Part shown: one piece after another, positions 37,101 to 49,818 of the stretch
Numbering within the stretch: position 1 is the first letter of the stretch
How the letters are laid out: each line of letters opens with the position of its first letter
Source: Azolla caroliniana
Taxonomy: Eukaryota > Plantae > Polypodiophyta
Length of the DNA: 64,000 nt
Assembly (NCBI GenBank): GCA_043228905.1
Contig: JBHGNT010000020.1
Coordinates: 4,960,001 to 5,024,000 of the forward strand
Direction of reading: 5' to 3'
Made by a program: the position numbers and the translations under genes
The notes under the pieces: generated by a model
What the model saw: the letters and a program-made list of their open reading frames with translations, nothing else
Database searches by the model: none
Told to the model about the DNA's origin: nothing

Positions 37101-37848
37101 CGAGACAGTACAATACTCGGCTCACTCCTTGCTCCCATGCTAGGAAGTCTTTGTGTGTCGGCTCCGGTGCTACCTCGTCGGTTCCTTCTAGGTAGCTCCA
37201 ATAACCATGCCCCAGTAAGTACAAGTGCATTTTATATGACTAGGACGCATAGTTGCTCTGGTTGAGCTTCTTTGTTGGAAGTGAACTCGTCATACCTCTG
37301 TCCATACCTTTCTCTATCTGTTGTTACCGGTTATTAGGGTTTGTCTTCGAAAGCGTATGTTGGCTGCAGAGGTTCCCAACCCTCGCGCTCTGATACCATG
37401 TCAAAGTTAGCATGCGGAAGCTTATGCCAAACCGGCTCTTCCGGATAGTAACAGTAAAGAGAAGAAGGTTTAATGGAAGCTTAACACATAGAATAAGCAT
37501 ACACAGGAGAGAGAGAGAGAGAGAGAGCAGAACATAAAAATCTATTCAAAATAATACTCTAAAACTCTGTGTACATAGAATGTGCTTAGAGAGCACTTTT
37601 ATACAAGTCCATAAAGGACTTACAGGTACTTCAATATTCCTACGTGCGACTGACACTAACTACGAGACAATGATTACCTAGTAGTCTAGGCTACTACTAG
37701 GCTTCTAGTGTGCACTCGAATCCGGCTCTCTGATCCGTCTCCCCGATCCGGCTCTTGTTTCCGGATACCGATCCGACTCATCCTTCCAGATGTCGTCCGG
37801 ATGCCGATCCGGCTACGATCCGGATCCGGTTGAGCTTGCCGCTCAACA
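34173..37848 (-). mobile_element. C3: decayed, internally deleted copia (5' LTR 37399-37848, iMet PBS ~37386-37398)
   Basis: gag, CWYCGKKVHIENEC knuckle, YVDD RT, RH. Integrase N-terminal part deleted. Confidence 0.9.
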
Positions 37849-38897
37849 CAACACATATTCTTTATCTTGGAATCTGCGGGGGCTCATCTTTCTCTCAAAG
37901 GGTATCGTCTTCCTCTATTTTCATCAACCAGCTTGCCCAGATCTTCCTCTTCTCCTTCGGGTGGTTCTTCGTTTGGGTTGGAGTCAACTACTTCTTCTTC
38001 ATCGTTGAATCCGTCTCCCAATTGGCCTCCTATTGACATGACTCCTTTGTTGAGAAGTAAGCTCAACAAAGGTATGTGATGCTTATTGAGAAGTAAAATC
38101 TTACATATTAGTTATTAGCTAATTAGCTACTAGTGGACATAAAGGTGAAACAGTTATTTAGCTATGCACAACGATTTAGCTACTTACAGCTATTTAACTA
38201 TAGACAGCTAATTAGCTGCATATATAAGTCACTTATAACTTAGGTAAAAAGAGAAGTAGTGAGTGTGTAGTGAGTAGAGAAAACAGAAAATAGAAAGATT
38301 GACGAGAGCGAGTTGAGCTCTACGTGTAATGAAATAGAAGAAGCTTTTTGGTTTGCTACACAGAGGTAAGTCTCCTTCCCCTTCCTTTCTGTCTTGAGCA
38401 CTAAACTATCCAACACATCACGATCTGTTGTGCACACAGAAGAGACCTAGCGCCTTGGTAACATCCTTGTCGGAATTCGATCGACTCTCCATGTTCTTAA
38501 GTCGGCGTTCAATTTTCGACTGATCGGGAGGATGTGTTTGACTTCTCCTTCTCCCAGTCGACAATAGTCTTCTCCTCCATGAAGACTATCTCTCGGCTCC
38601 GAATGACCTTGTTGTCCGCTAAGTTCCACAACCGATAGTTGAACTCGTCATCGCTGTATCCGAGAAATAATGGCCGATATTTCAGATCTACTTTTCCCCT
38701 TTGGTCCTTAGCTACATGCACGTTGGCAAGTCACCCGAACACCTTCATGTGTCTGTACGATATGTCTTTGCCAATCCACACCCTTTGTGGAATATCTCCA
38801 TCCAAGGATGTTGAGGGCGATCTATTTATCACATACGCTACTATCATCAGCGCCTCAACCTAGAACGTCTTGGAAAATTTGGCATGTGCCAACATAC
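37849..38897 (-). pseudogene. C5: old Tnt1/Tork-like copia integrase fragment, with an unrelated AT-rich insert at ~38050-38440
   Basis: HVAKDQRGKVD…FLGYSDDEFNYRLWNLADNKVIRSREIVF; RRYPLRER. Confidence 0.7.
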
Positions 38898-39770
38898 TAT
38901 TGGGAAGTCGGTCTCTCCAGATGGGATCCGGTTATGAATGAAGAGGACCCGGTGAGAACCGGATCAGATGGACCTGGTAGAACCGGAAGAGAAGACATAT
39001 TTGTAAATATGTTTTGAGTAAGCCTATTGAGGCTATATTTGTAAATAGCCCTAAGTTCATATGAGTATAAATATGACCTAGGGCAATCACAATAGATAGT
39101 GTGTGTTGTCATATTGTTGTATGTGCATAACTGTTGTATAAAGAGAGAGAGATACAAAGCGATACTCTGTTGTAACCGCCGCTTGGCGAAGATATAGAAC
39201 TCAAGGTTGTTGCCTCCGAGTCTCTGATTGTACCAAATGTATATTCATTACATGCCCATAAGGGGTTTATATAATACATCCAATGTAACGGTTACATGAC
39301 CGTTATAAATAAGACCGTTACGCATTCTTGTACACATGCACATAATTGTGCATGTGTCCATACACATACTCATCCTCACACACTCATTTACTTTACACAT
39401 ACACATCAACCACATCATTACACCTACCCTTATGCCTCCTCGTATATTCTTACGGCTAACAATCTCTCCGTTGGTCATCATACCAGTATCCACCCTTTAG
39501 TCTATAACGGTCCTCTCGTTGGAACCAAACCTCATCCGGTTGTCGGTCATCCCGTGGTTCAATCTGTCTTGACTGTTCGGGTACCGCCTATCACCTCTTC
39601 TCCGGTCATATTCCGGAGAGTAATCTCTTTTGTAACGATCCCAGATATAATCGTCTCTTTGTCGGTCATCATACTAGTATCCACCCTTTAGTTTATAGTA
39701 GTCCTCCCGTCGGAACCGATCCTCATCCGGTTGTCGGTCATCTCGGGGTTCAATCTGTCCTGATTGGCGC
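38898..39770. repeat. LTR-like fragments plus an internal ~120-bp diverged duplication (~39470-39580 / ~39660-39765)
   Basis: TATA-containing LTR-like composition; visible direct repeat CTAGTATCCACCCTTTAG…GGTTCAATCTGT. Confidence 0.45.
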
Positions 39771-39779
39771 TACCTACCG

Positions 39780-41411
39780 ATTTAATCAATTGTACTCACA
39801 TCGGTCCATGGTGTGTGCCTTGGAGTGACATAGCAAACATTGTGTCCGCATTGTACATTCTACAATGGAATGGTCAGGGCTGAGACATGTTGTACATTGC
39901 ACTGCATGTCAGAATCGTAGGTCCTCCTCCCATCGCCATGTAATTCCCGTTCTGGGCTTGATCCATTTCGAGAACCCGATCAATGACTTTCGTCGATGGT
40001 GCTTGTCCGGAAATCCAACACTACTAACATAGACTGGAGTGGCCCCCAGATTGCAGCCAAAAATACTGCCTTAGCTTCATCCTCCAGGGGTGCTCTTGTC
40101 AGTTGGTTGTGCAACATTTGGAACTGGATGATAGATTGAGGTACGATTTCGTTGGGTTCTTGACACATAGTATAGAACCATCCAACTAACTCTCTCTGCA
40201 CCACCTATTGATGAAACAACTACAAAAACTTATCCCATAGAGCCGAAAATGTAGTGAAGGTCCCCGGCAGGTGTTTTGCATGCCATCATGCCACCAGTCC
40301 TTCCAGTGATAGCCCAAATTCGGTTATTTTCGATCTTTTGGTTTCTGCTTCTGTTAATCGTTGTGAGACCGATTCCAATTCCGATAAAGGTTCCTATGCC
40401 AGTGGTGTCGGTATGCATTCACCTTCCTCCTCTGGTTGTTGTTCCGGAATCTCTTCTTCCAGTCGCATTGGTTCAACCACCGCCTTCGGTGGTGTTGGAA
40501 TCGGGATTTCTTGTTTCGTTGGTGTTGGTAACGGAGTTTTCGACTCTAGTGTGTGCTCTGATCCGTCTTCCTTCGGCTCGTTCGGGGGTGTCGTGACTGG
40601 ATCCGTAATTCAAGTGGATGTTGTTTGATCCCGACTCGAGTGCCGAAAAGGCCTCCGAATCTCCAGTGCATGTTGCTAAATTCTATAATATCGATTCGAC
40701 GTCGAGTAGATAAGGTTGCTTCCTTCGTCTAAGTGTCGTTGATTTTGTATTCAGATCATTTTTTCCACGACCCACCAGAGCACTTTGGGCAAAGATCGAT
40801 CCTACCGGATCTCTTGTGCCACTTGTTGGTACTCTTCCCTCCTTCGCAGTCGTTCAGCTAATCTTCTCGCTCGCTCGACTACTAGGTTGTTCGTATGCCT
40901 AGACATCCATTCCCCATTGTTCATTGCTCTATGTAGGAATCGTGGTCGCCAAAATTGTGTTTATCTTGGGCCGGACTAGCCGCAAACACAGGGTGTCCTA
41001 TCCAAAACACATATCCAAAGGGGTGGTAAGGATATGGATGATTATCCGGTACTGATCCGACAAATTATATACAAGACTCCGGCTACCGGATCGCTTAATA
41101 CATATCTTATCCATAATTGTATGTGTATTAGTAATAATTACATCGCAGACGGTCGTCCACAAGAGAGACAATAACATTAACAAGAACCACGCTTAAGCCT
41201 GTATTACTTCCGTAAAGTTTATACATCGATCCAGATCCTTTTATAGGCATCCGGTAAATATTACAAAACGGTGCCTTACTGGCTACCAGCTACTATTCAG
41301 TGCAGATCCGAATCCATCCATTCCTATAAAATTACTAACTAATATTTACATTATTCAATGGACTCTTTCCCGTCCACACTTCTCCTTTGGATCATACTCC
41401 TAGGGCCAACA
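39780..41411 (-). mobile_element. G4: 5' end of a G1-family gypsy (5' LTR 40958-41411, PBS, degenerate gag)
   Basis: QRELVGWFYT…LHNQLTRAPLEDEAKAVFLAA matches G1 gag. PBS TGGCGACCACGATTCCT. Confidence 0.85.
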
Positions 41412-41459
41412 TTTCAAACCAAACCATTGTCGACTGTTATCCACATTCTCAACAACATA

Positions 41460-42745
41460 TTGTTGACTCAACGACATTATGTATTGAATATGTTGTTCAA
41501 GTTCAACATGACGTAATGTCGAACTGTCTCGACTCCCCTCGGCCGCAATCAGTATCTGCACCATGACTTGAGATCGTCATATGACGAAATATGATTCATG
41601 CAAATTGTCGGGAGCTTAATCTATCTGACAATCAGTCAACCGGATCTAAGTTATCTTATCAACTTGATCAATCAATTCATGTAAAAGCCGACAACCAAAC
41701 ACATGCAGTGCGCACATCAAATATTGAGGTATGTAAGCGGCACTCTTGATCATGGGCTTTCGTACAAACATGGTGTTGTCAAACAACTCAAATGCCGACA
41801 AGGCCAAAGACGCAATAGATCACCGATTGACATCGGGTTTTAGGTTCTTCCTTGGGAGCGCAAAGATCTCTTGGAGCAACAAGAAGTACCCAACAATTGC
41901 GTCATCAAGCACTAAAACGGAGTATTGAAGAGCGATCGTTGCAACATGTGAGGGAATCTAGCTAAAAAGACTATCGAGGGATCTACAAGTGGAAGTTGCC
42001 GAACAAAATCCTAATCTACTATGATAATCTCAACACCATCCAACTTGCCAAGATTTCTATCTTCCATGCTCGCACAAAGCAAATTGAGGTGCATTACTAT
42101 TTCCTGTGCAAGTGAGTCCTTCATGGTGAAGTCAAATTGCATTTTTGTTCGAACTGATTGGCAAATGGCCGACATCTTCACCAAAGCACTAGGACTGGAC
42201 AAGGTAGTTTTTCCGTAGATGCTTGGTTTGCAGCATCTCGACTTGCCCTCCTTGAGGGGGACAACAGGAGAGGAGAATGAGCCATCCAAGCCAAATGAGC
42301 CTGGGGGAGAGACGAGCCGGAATGAGACAAATTGCAAGGGGTTGATTCCAAGGCTGAAAGGGGTGAAGAGAGCCGAAAAGGCCATATGGCTGAAAGGGCC
42401 GAAGAACTGAGGAGACTAGAAGGCTGAAAGCTCAAAAAGAACGAACGCCGAAAAAGGTCGAAAAGGCTAAGAGTCAAAGAGCTTGGCCGAAAGGCTGTCA
42501 ATTGATCAAGGTCGGAAGGGCCAAAGGCCAACAACAACTTGAGCTTGAGGGGGAATGTTGGCATGTCATGCTCAATTATCTTTAGTGTGGACTTGGGTAG
42601 GTTCTAGTTAGACTAGAATTTAGTGCTCGTTTACGAGCCGATTGTATTCTTCTCAGCCCTCTCTCTTTATGAGAGAAATAACAGGCATTGTATAAAAGAT
42701 GCTCTCAGAGCAAGTTGTAATTGTTGAGAATCAAACTCAACTTCC
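41460..42745 (+). mobile_element. C4: decayed copia RT/RH 3' end, PPT and start of the 3' LTR (42556)
   Basis: ISWSNKKYPTIASSSTKTEY; QMADIFTKALG; CTTGAGGGGGAA|TGTTGG. Confidence 0.8.
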
Positions 42746-45700
42746 TGTGTGTGGGAACACACTTTAGGATACTCAAGTGTGTGAACACACCCCGCCTCCT
42801 TGTATAGTAACTAGTGTGTCATAGAAGTTAATGTTCTAGGACACATATTCCTTAGGTAATTAAGACATGACCTCTTTCCCAAGAGGTGGTACTAGTAAGA
42901 GAACTTAGAGAGAAGGTGACTACATAAACCTTCTCCGTCTCCTTGTAATGTTGTTGGTCATTCTTGTCTCCTTGTTAATACAATTTTTCTGTTTTTTCTA
43001 CCAAAAGCATTTGCATGACTATAAAAGGCTTATTCAAAGAAAGAGACGAATATGGGAAGTTACTCAACAACTTCTCCAAACGCAAGAGAAAGCACATGCA
43101 TGTGCTAAATTTTGGGGAAATCTAAAGGGGAAACGTGTTGAGAGTTATGGTGACTTAACTCTTCATGACTTGTCTATGCATTGTAAGAATTTATATGAGT
43201 TATCTCTTGCCAGAAAGATGATGTGTTATGGTTCTCTTTCACATATGTCTCCCTTCTTTACAATTGAAGATATATGCATAGGACTTAAGAAATTAGCCTC
43301 TCGAAAGGCAAGCGATCTTCAATGTATAAAAGTTGAAATGCTCAAATGGACGGGAAAGTAAGCACACATATGGATATGCGATATGTTTAATGATGCATTG
43401 CAACATGGTATGCCATATGATTGGACTACAAATTGGATCAAACCTTTACATAAAGGTGGAGATGTAAATAATGTAAACAACTATCGAACCATCATGGTTG
43501 GCTCCTTAATGGCAAAACTATTTGGATGTATAATGGAATCAAAGATAAGTGTATGGGTAGAAAAAAATGGTAAGAGAGCTTATGGACAAGCTGGTTTTCG
43601 AAAAGACCATAGCACAATTGATCATCTTGTCACTCTTCGAGTATTAATGGAGGAAAGTCACCTTAGAGGTAAAGGTTTATATAGTTGCTTTGTAGACTTC
43701 AAGAAAGTTTTTGATATGGTACCTTGTGAGCATCTTTGGAGGCGGATGGAAGAACTTGAGGTGCCAAGTGAATATATGATTGCAATTTCCCGAATATATG
43801 AGAAGGGCATATGTTGTGTGCGTATGAGAGATAGACTTTCAAATTTTTTCAATAGCACTATTGGTGTTAAGCAAGGATGCCCACTCTCACCAACATTATT
43901 TGGTCTATGCACTGATGAATTAGAAGAAATGGTTACCAAGTTTGTAAAGGAAGAATGTGTTGAAGAAGTTGCCATTGGGAATGTTGTGATTATGCTTTTG
44001 TTATATGCGGATGATGTAGTGCTTTTTGCAAATACTTCAAGAGATGCACAAAAGCTTATGAAGGCATTGGAAAAATTTTGCATGCATATTAGATTAAGTG
44101 TCAATAGCTCTAAAACAAAGATTATGCTTGTGAAGAGTCAAAAAAGAGATAAACCATGCATTATGTACGACAATGAGCCACTTGAATGTGTGGAAAGCTT
44201 CAAATATATTGGCCTTGAAGTTCCTTCAAATCATAAATGGAATGAATGTGCTACACACCGCTTAGAGGCGGGTAAGCGAGCGAGCATATTATGCATTTGA
44301 GAACACATGCAATCTTGGAGATATTAAGTGTTGGGTCCTCAAGAAATATCTTTTTGACACTTTGGTGACCACGGTTCTTCTCTATGGGGTGGAAGTATGG
44401 GGCGGTAGCATCCCTAAATCTACGTGGAAAGAGTTTGAAAATGTCCAAAAACATTTTCTTACAAAGTTTCTACAAGTTATGAAACAAAAGCCCTACACCC
44501 TCCTCCTCCTTGAGACGAGATCGCTTCCCATTGAGATCATGGCCATGGAAAGGGTTGTTGAATACATGCTTAAGGTTCAAAAAAGCCTCACAGTATTCCG
44601 CAAGTACGTGTAAGATCTTAGGCAGGACCGTGGGGGTCTTGGACTAGGGAGTAGAGGGGGAATGGAATCTTAGCTCGAGAGGAGAGGAGAAAGAATAGGA
44701 CATAAACATAGAATGGATGGAGGCAAGATACACAAAGCGAGTTATATTAAGAAACACCAAAGGCTTTACAACCATGGCCACATAGGCCGAACGAAAACAC
44801 TATAAGGAACCCTAATCGGATAAGTAAAGTAAAGAAGATGATGAAGAAATAAACCATAAGCGAAACCCTAAACCCGAAATGGTAAGAAGAAGAAGAATAG
44901 TAAAACCCTAAAACTAAATGGTATACCTTTCACACTCAAAATAGGCAACCCCTTCACAAGAGACCCCTCCCTTCCCTTTATAGCCCAAGGAGGGAGGGAC
45001 TTTTCAATGTGGGATAAATTCTCCCCCTTATTCTATACACCATTTCCCTACTATACATGTGCACATGTTGCACATTGCCGACTTGCCCATTCCATCCCGG
45101 TTTCACACCAAAGCTGGAAATCTTCACGACAACAGGATTGCTTCCCATTGAGATCATGCCCATGGAAAGGGTTGTTGAATACATGCTTAAGGTTCAAAAA
45201 AGCCCCTCACATCGACTTCCTAGAATTGCATGGGAAGCAAGCAAAAAGATCCAAAAGACGCATAAAAGCAATTTTTTGTGTTCCGGTTGGATGCAAGATT
45301 TAGAAAAATGGTTTGGTAGATGGGATGAAAGACACTTGCTTCATGATGCGTCACTAGATTCCTCTGTAAATGAGGCCTTTTTGCAACACCAATGTATCAT
45401 GACATGGGACAAATGTGGTGGCTCATGCTTCACACATTATACTACAAATGTTGCACCTAACTACAAAACCATATTCTTCGCGGAACGGGGAAGCTGTACA
45501 CATCGATACATGTTAGAGCCCATCCCAATATCTACCATTCGAACCATTGCTTCCATGCAACTTAGCTCGCACGCATTGAGATGTGAGACGGGGCATTGGG
45601 GCACAAGTGATGAGAGTGGCTGACTATGCACACTTTGCCCTAAACAAGTTCGAGAGTCTGAGCATCACACTTTGATACAATGCTCTGCCTTCGATCATAT

Positions 45701-45925
45701 TCGACCATGCTTTCCACATCTCTTCAATCGAGCCCAATCCTTGCATGAATTTCTCTCACAACCACGATATGCACTCTCGATTGCAACATTCATTGGTAAA
45801 GTTCTTGAACATCGAGAGTCGCTACTCACCTTCACACGTATCACGTGAAATGTAATATTTTTGGTCTCATAGGTCATATTTGACCCCGGAAGATGATAAT
45901 ATAGTTTATCTATCTATCTATCTCT
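42746..45925 (+). mobile_element. RTE/RTEX-like non-LTR retrotransposon, decayed; no endonuclease domain visible
   Basis: RT motifs QAGFR, FVDFKK.FD, GVKQGCPLSP, YADD. C-terminal LSSHALRCETG..W…CTLC…EHHTLIQC zinc finger. (ATCT)n tail. Confidence 0.88.
44588..45131 (-). mobile_element. Solo LTR (same family as 8443-9237) inside the LINE, left end imprecise
   Basis: Shares AGTACGTGTA..GGGGTCTTGGACTAGGG and the GGAAATCTTCACGACA end. Confidence 0.85.

Positions 45926-45926
<1 letters not shown>

Positions 45927-45972
<46 letters not shown>
45927..45972 (+). repeat. (CA)n microsatellite; a second one at ~46631-46697
   Basis: Direct observation. Confidence 0.97.
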
Positions 45973-45976
<4 letters not shown>

Positions 45977-46204
45977 GTTCTTTCGCTGCACAGAATCGTC
46001 ACCGATTCCCTATAGGAATAGTCGACCATTTTTTATATTAATAGTTCTTTGTCTTTTGGTGCTCTCTATGTGTATGTGTATTGTCTCCATCTTAGAAGGT
46101 TAACCTCCATCTCTGTATTCTGTCATATCGTCCTATCTATGTGGTATACTAGTCGCTCGGTTCTGCCGGTTGTGTACATCAACTTTTGCATTCTTCACAT
46201 TAAA

Positions 46205-46625
46205 GAGGGGATACCATTTGAGTGTTGGGAAAGGTACTTGCTTATCTCGGCTTCATCCATCCCCTCAAGCATATCAACACCTTCTTAGTATAGAGAACTG
46301 ATAGTGGGGCTATGTTGGCACCTTGAATGTGGTGGCTCTAGTATTCCTTATGGGCGGGGCAATCATGTCACTTTGACAATATTATTAATCCAAATGATTC
46401 TAGGATAAGTTGAAATAACAACTATCTTGAATAACGTGCACAATGATAGTTGTAGTGGCCTCGATAATCAGGTGGCATGACTTGATACGGAGGAGCCATA
46501 GGAGAGTATGTTGCTACATCCAAACCAGGATGCATTCCATTATGGTTTCTAGGTTGAGTTGGTGAAATCCATGAGTCCAATCTTGAGTGTGACGTGGTTT
46601 GTTGAGGGAATTCCTTCTCGCATAA

Positions 46626-46630
<5 letters not shown>
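46205..46630 (-). pseudogene. G5: highly degenerate G1-family protease-region fragment
   Basis: LY*EGVDMLEGMDEAEISKYLSQHSNGIPLF aligns with G1 LYAESINMLEGLPDEEVKRYLEEHPRIVPLF. Confidence 0.55.
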
Positions 46631-46699
<69 letters not shown>

Positions 46700-47345
46700 T
46701 TCACATTGTGCACAAGACACCATAAACAGATTAGAATGTAAAGAAAATACAATAGAGAGACTTGATTATAGATGTCACAAATGGTAAGTAAAAACTTTAC
46801 AATTGAAGTTCTCTTTTTTTGTTACTATGGTCAATATTTATATTCTTTGGTCGGTCGCGACCTTGTCATTTGGCCTTAGAGGTAGATCCACTAATGGACT
46901 GAGCAATGATACCTTTAAGCTTAAATAGGTACCTTTTCTATTTAAGGGGCCTTCTAGCCGTATTCACCCACTAGACTAAACAACTACCCTAATGGACATC
47001 CTTTAAGCTTAAATGGACATCCTTTTGGTAAAACAAACATAGAGTTGAGAGCACATATGGTCAGAGCACTACCCTAATTACTATAATATTTACCTTTCTA
47101 ATTTCCTTTTATCATGCCCAAATTTCATGATGCGCTTGATTCATTTTGGTTTCCTATAGAGAGAAAGGGAAACCTTGTTGATATTCGAGAAATTTTGCTC
47201 ATGTTAGTGTCCCTAGGAGGTCAAATCAAAATTGGAAAGGGGAGAGAGGTCTCAAACCAAGCAATTGCATTATCTTTACGAATAACACATATGTAGTTGC
47301 CGCAACATACATCCACACATACATATATGTATATGTCAGCCTAAT

Positions 47346-47483
47346 ATCATAGACAAGTCAAGCATAATAGTAAAAACAATAAATGCTACATAAATCTCCT
47401 TTTCTCCGCACAACATCATAGACAAGTCAAGCATAATAGTAAAAACAATAAATGCTACATAAATCTCCTTTTCTCCGCACAAC
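47346..47483 (+). repeat. Perfect 69-bp tandem duplication
   Basis: ATCATAGACAAG…CCGCACAAC x2. Confidence 0.9.
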
Positions 47484-48376
47484 TGATAATCAAAGTGGAA
47501 AACGAGAAATATGCACATATTTTAATACGCCTAAAATACCATTTGTGTGAAAGGGAAGGAAGAAAGTGTGTACATAATACATATACATACATACAGATGT
47601 ATGTATATCATATGTATATGTATCAGTATGTATGTATGTATGTATGCCGCCTGTAGGTTCTTTGGAGGAAACTGCTTTGAAATGTTTAAAAATTGGCGCC
47701 TGTTTTTCCCATTCGTTCGTTTCTACACCAAAACAAAACAAAACAAAACAAAACATGACCACCAAAACTATTTCTCTGTCAAACTTACTTACATCAGAGA
47801 GACCATCATCGCCTTCTTCTTCTTCTTCTTCTTCTTCTTCTTCTTCTTGACATGGGAAGGATAGACATCCGGACTCAAGGTACAAAAGCTATGGATTCCT
47901 CTTCTTTTTCTTGGAGAATATTTCTCTTCTTCAAGCTTCTGCCATCGAGAAGAGAGACACCTTAGAAACCGAACCAAAGAGCTATGGATTTTTTGTGTTC
48001 TTCTTTCAGCAAGTATTTGTTTAGACCAGGAAAGAAAGGAGTAAACAAAGCAAAAAGCTACGGATTCTTCTTATCATCGACGTTAGGCTTCTACTTTTTA
48101 CGTAAGTAAAACAAATATTCCACTTTTTTTTTTGTTGTTGTCCCAGTTTAGTCGCTCGTAACATCCCCGTGTGCTTACTTACTGTCTCAGAGATCTTCTT
48201 ATTTCTGCAAAAGCAAACTCTTGAGATTTAAGCTATTTATTTGGAAACTATACATACACAGAGGGATTTCCTCCTTCTTCTTTGTGAATTTTACTTTGAG
48301 AAACTCTTTTTCTTCGGCTGTTTTCCCTGTTTTTGTCTTTTCCTTTGTTTGTTTGCGGGAAAATGAAGCCTGAAAA

Positions 48377-49818
48377 TTAATAGCTTGGTGTTTTCTTGCT
48401 TTTCGTTTGTTTGCTTGCTGGAAAATGAAGCCTGCAAATCAAGGGCTTGGGAGACCGTGTCTTGCGATCAAATCCTCTCACACAAACATATCCTGTACAG
48501 GTCATAGAGTGGGAGTCTGTGTGTGTCAGTCTATGCAGTCCAAATGATATGAAAACCTTATGAAATCTAGTGACAAAACCTCCATACAATACAGAGATGA
48601 CGCAGAAAGATCATGAAAATTAGTGACAAAACCACCATATAATACAGAAATGATACAGAAAGGAGAAAATTAATATACATAAATTGATGATAGAGAAAAC
48701 AATAGAGAAACTGTGGTGAGAAAAGAAGAGTTGTACGAATATGTTATAAAAACTAATGCTAAATTAAACCCTTGTATGATAGAGAACTAGATAGATTTTA
48801 TTATCATCTTCGGAGGTCAAACATATGACCTATAAGAAGAAAAAGATAACGTTTTCATGTAACGCAAAAGTCACGGTGACTCTCAATATTCAAGAAACTT
48901 AATAATGAATCTTTGAGAGTGCAAGTTGTGATTGAGAGAGAAATTCGTGCTAGGATTAGGATGGGTTGCATATCTAATGAAAGCATAGTCAAATGTGATC
49001 AAAGGCGGAACATTCTATCAAAGTGCGATTCTCAGACTCCTAAACTTGTGTAGTGCAAAATGTGCATTGTTGACTTGTCTCACCACCTATACCCCAATGT
49101 CCCATCACATCTCGAAGCACGTGTGAACTAAGTTGTATGGAAGCAATGGTTTGGATGGCAGACAATAGGATGGGCTATAACATTTATATATGTGTGCAGC
49201 ATATGCAGTATAATGTGTGAATTGTGAGCCTCCTCATTTTTCCCATTCCAAGATACATTGCCGTATAGAACAATAGAGAAACCAATGTTAAATCTAGTGC
49301 ATAACAGAGATATATGAAAATACAAAGCGAGGCTTCTACTTACCATGTAAGAAAAAGCTTCGAATTTCTGATGTACTTAAACCTGTGATCAACAATTAAA
49401 ATAGTCAATAGAAGAATCCAAACAATCATTTTCTGCATGTACTTTTGCTATAAAATTCTGCATGTAAGTCTTTTATGGCAGATGTACCTCAAGAGGTATT
49501 TTATTACACCATAAAACTTATAATTTATAGTAGAAGCACATCTAGGATTATTTTATCAGCATTTGGGGAATCACAAAAGAGTTAATATATTGAGCTTTTC
49601 ATATGCATATTTCATAGCATAAGAACATTTGGAAATATTTATTACAGATGATTCAACATACACATAATTATTACAACATATAAATATTTCATTGCATAAG
49701 AACCTTTGGAAATATTTGTTATAGATGATCCAAAATACACAAATCGCCTTTGCAAGTTCCAGATTTCTGAACGCTGCACTTGAAAAGGGTGGAGACTGCT
49801 CTCATGGTCGGCAAAAAC
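48377..49818 (-). CDS. DME: Last three exons (RRM fold) of the DME/ROS1 gene
   Basis: VFADHESSLHPFQVQRSEIWNLQRRFVYFGSSITNISK|GLSTSEIRSFFLH|GYVCVRGFDRKTRSPKPLICRLH…*. Confidence 0.92.

Noticed and set aside
39250-39475. 3' LTR of G4 with a normal PPT (a possible counter-example)
   Set aside because: Beyond the first few bases it does not match G4's 5' LTR, so it is probably a fragment of another element.
46422-47977. ORFs with poly-CV, poly-HT, poly-E or poly-K
   Set aside because: Translations of microsatellites.
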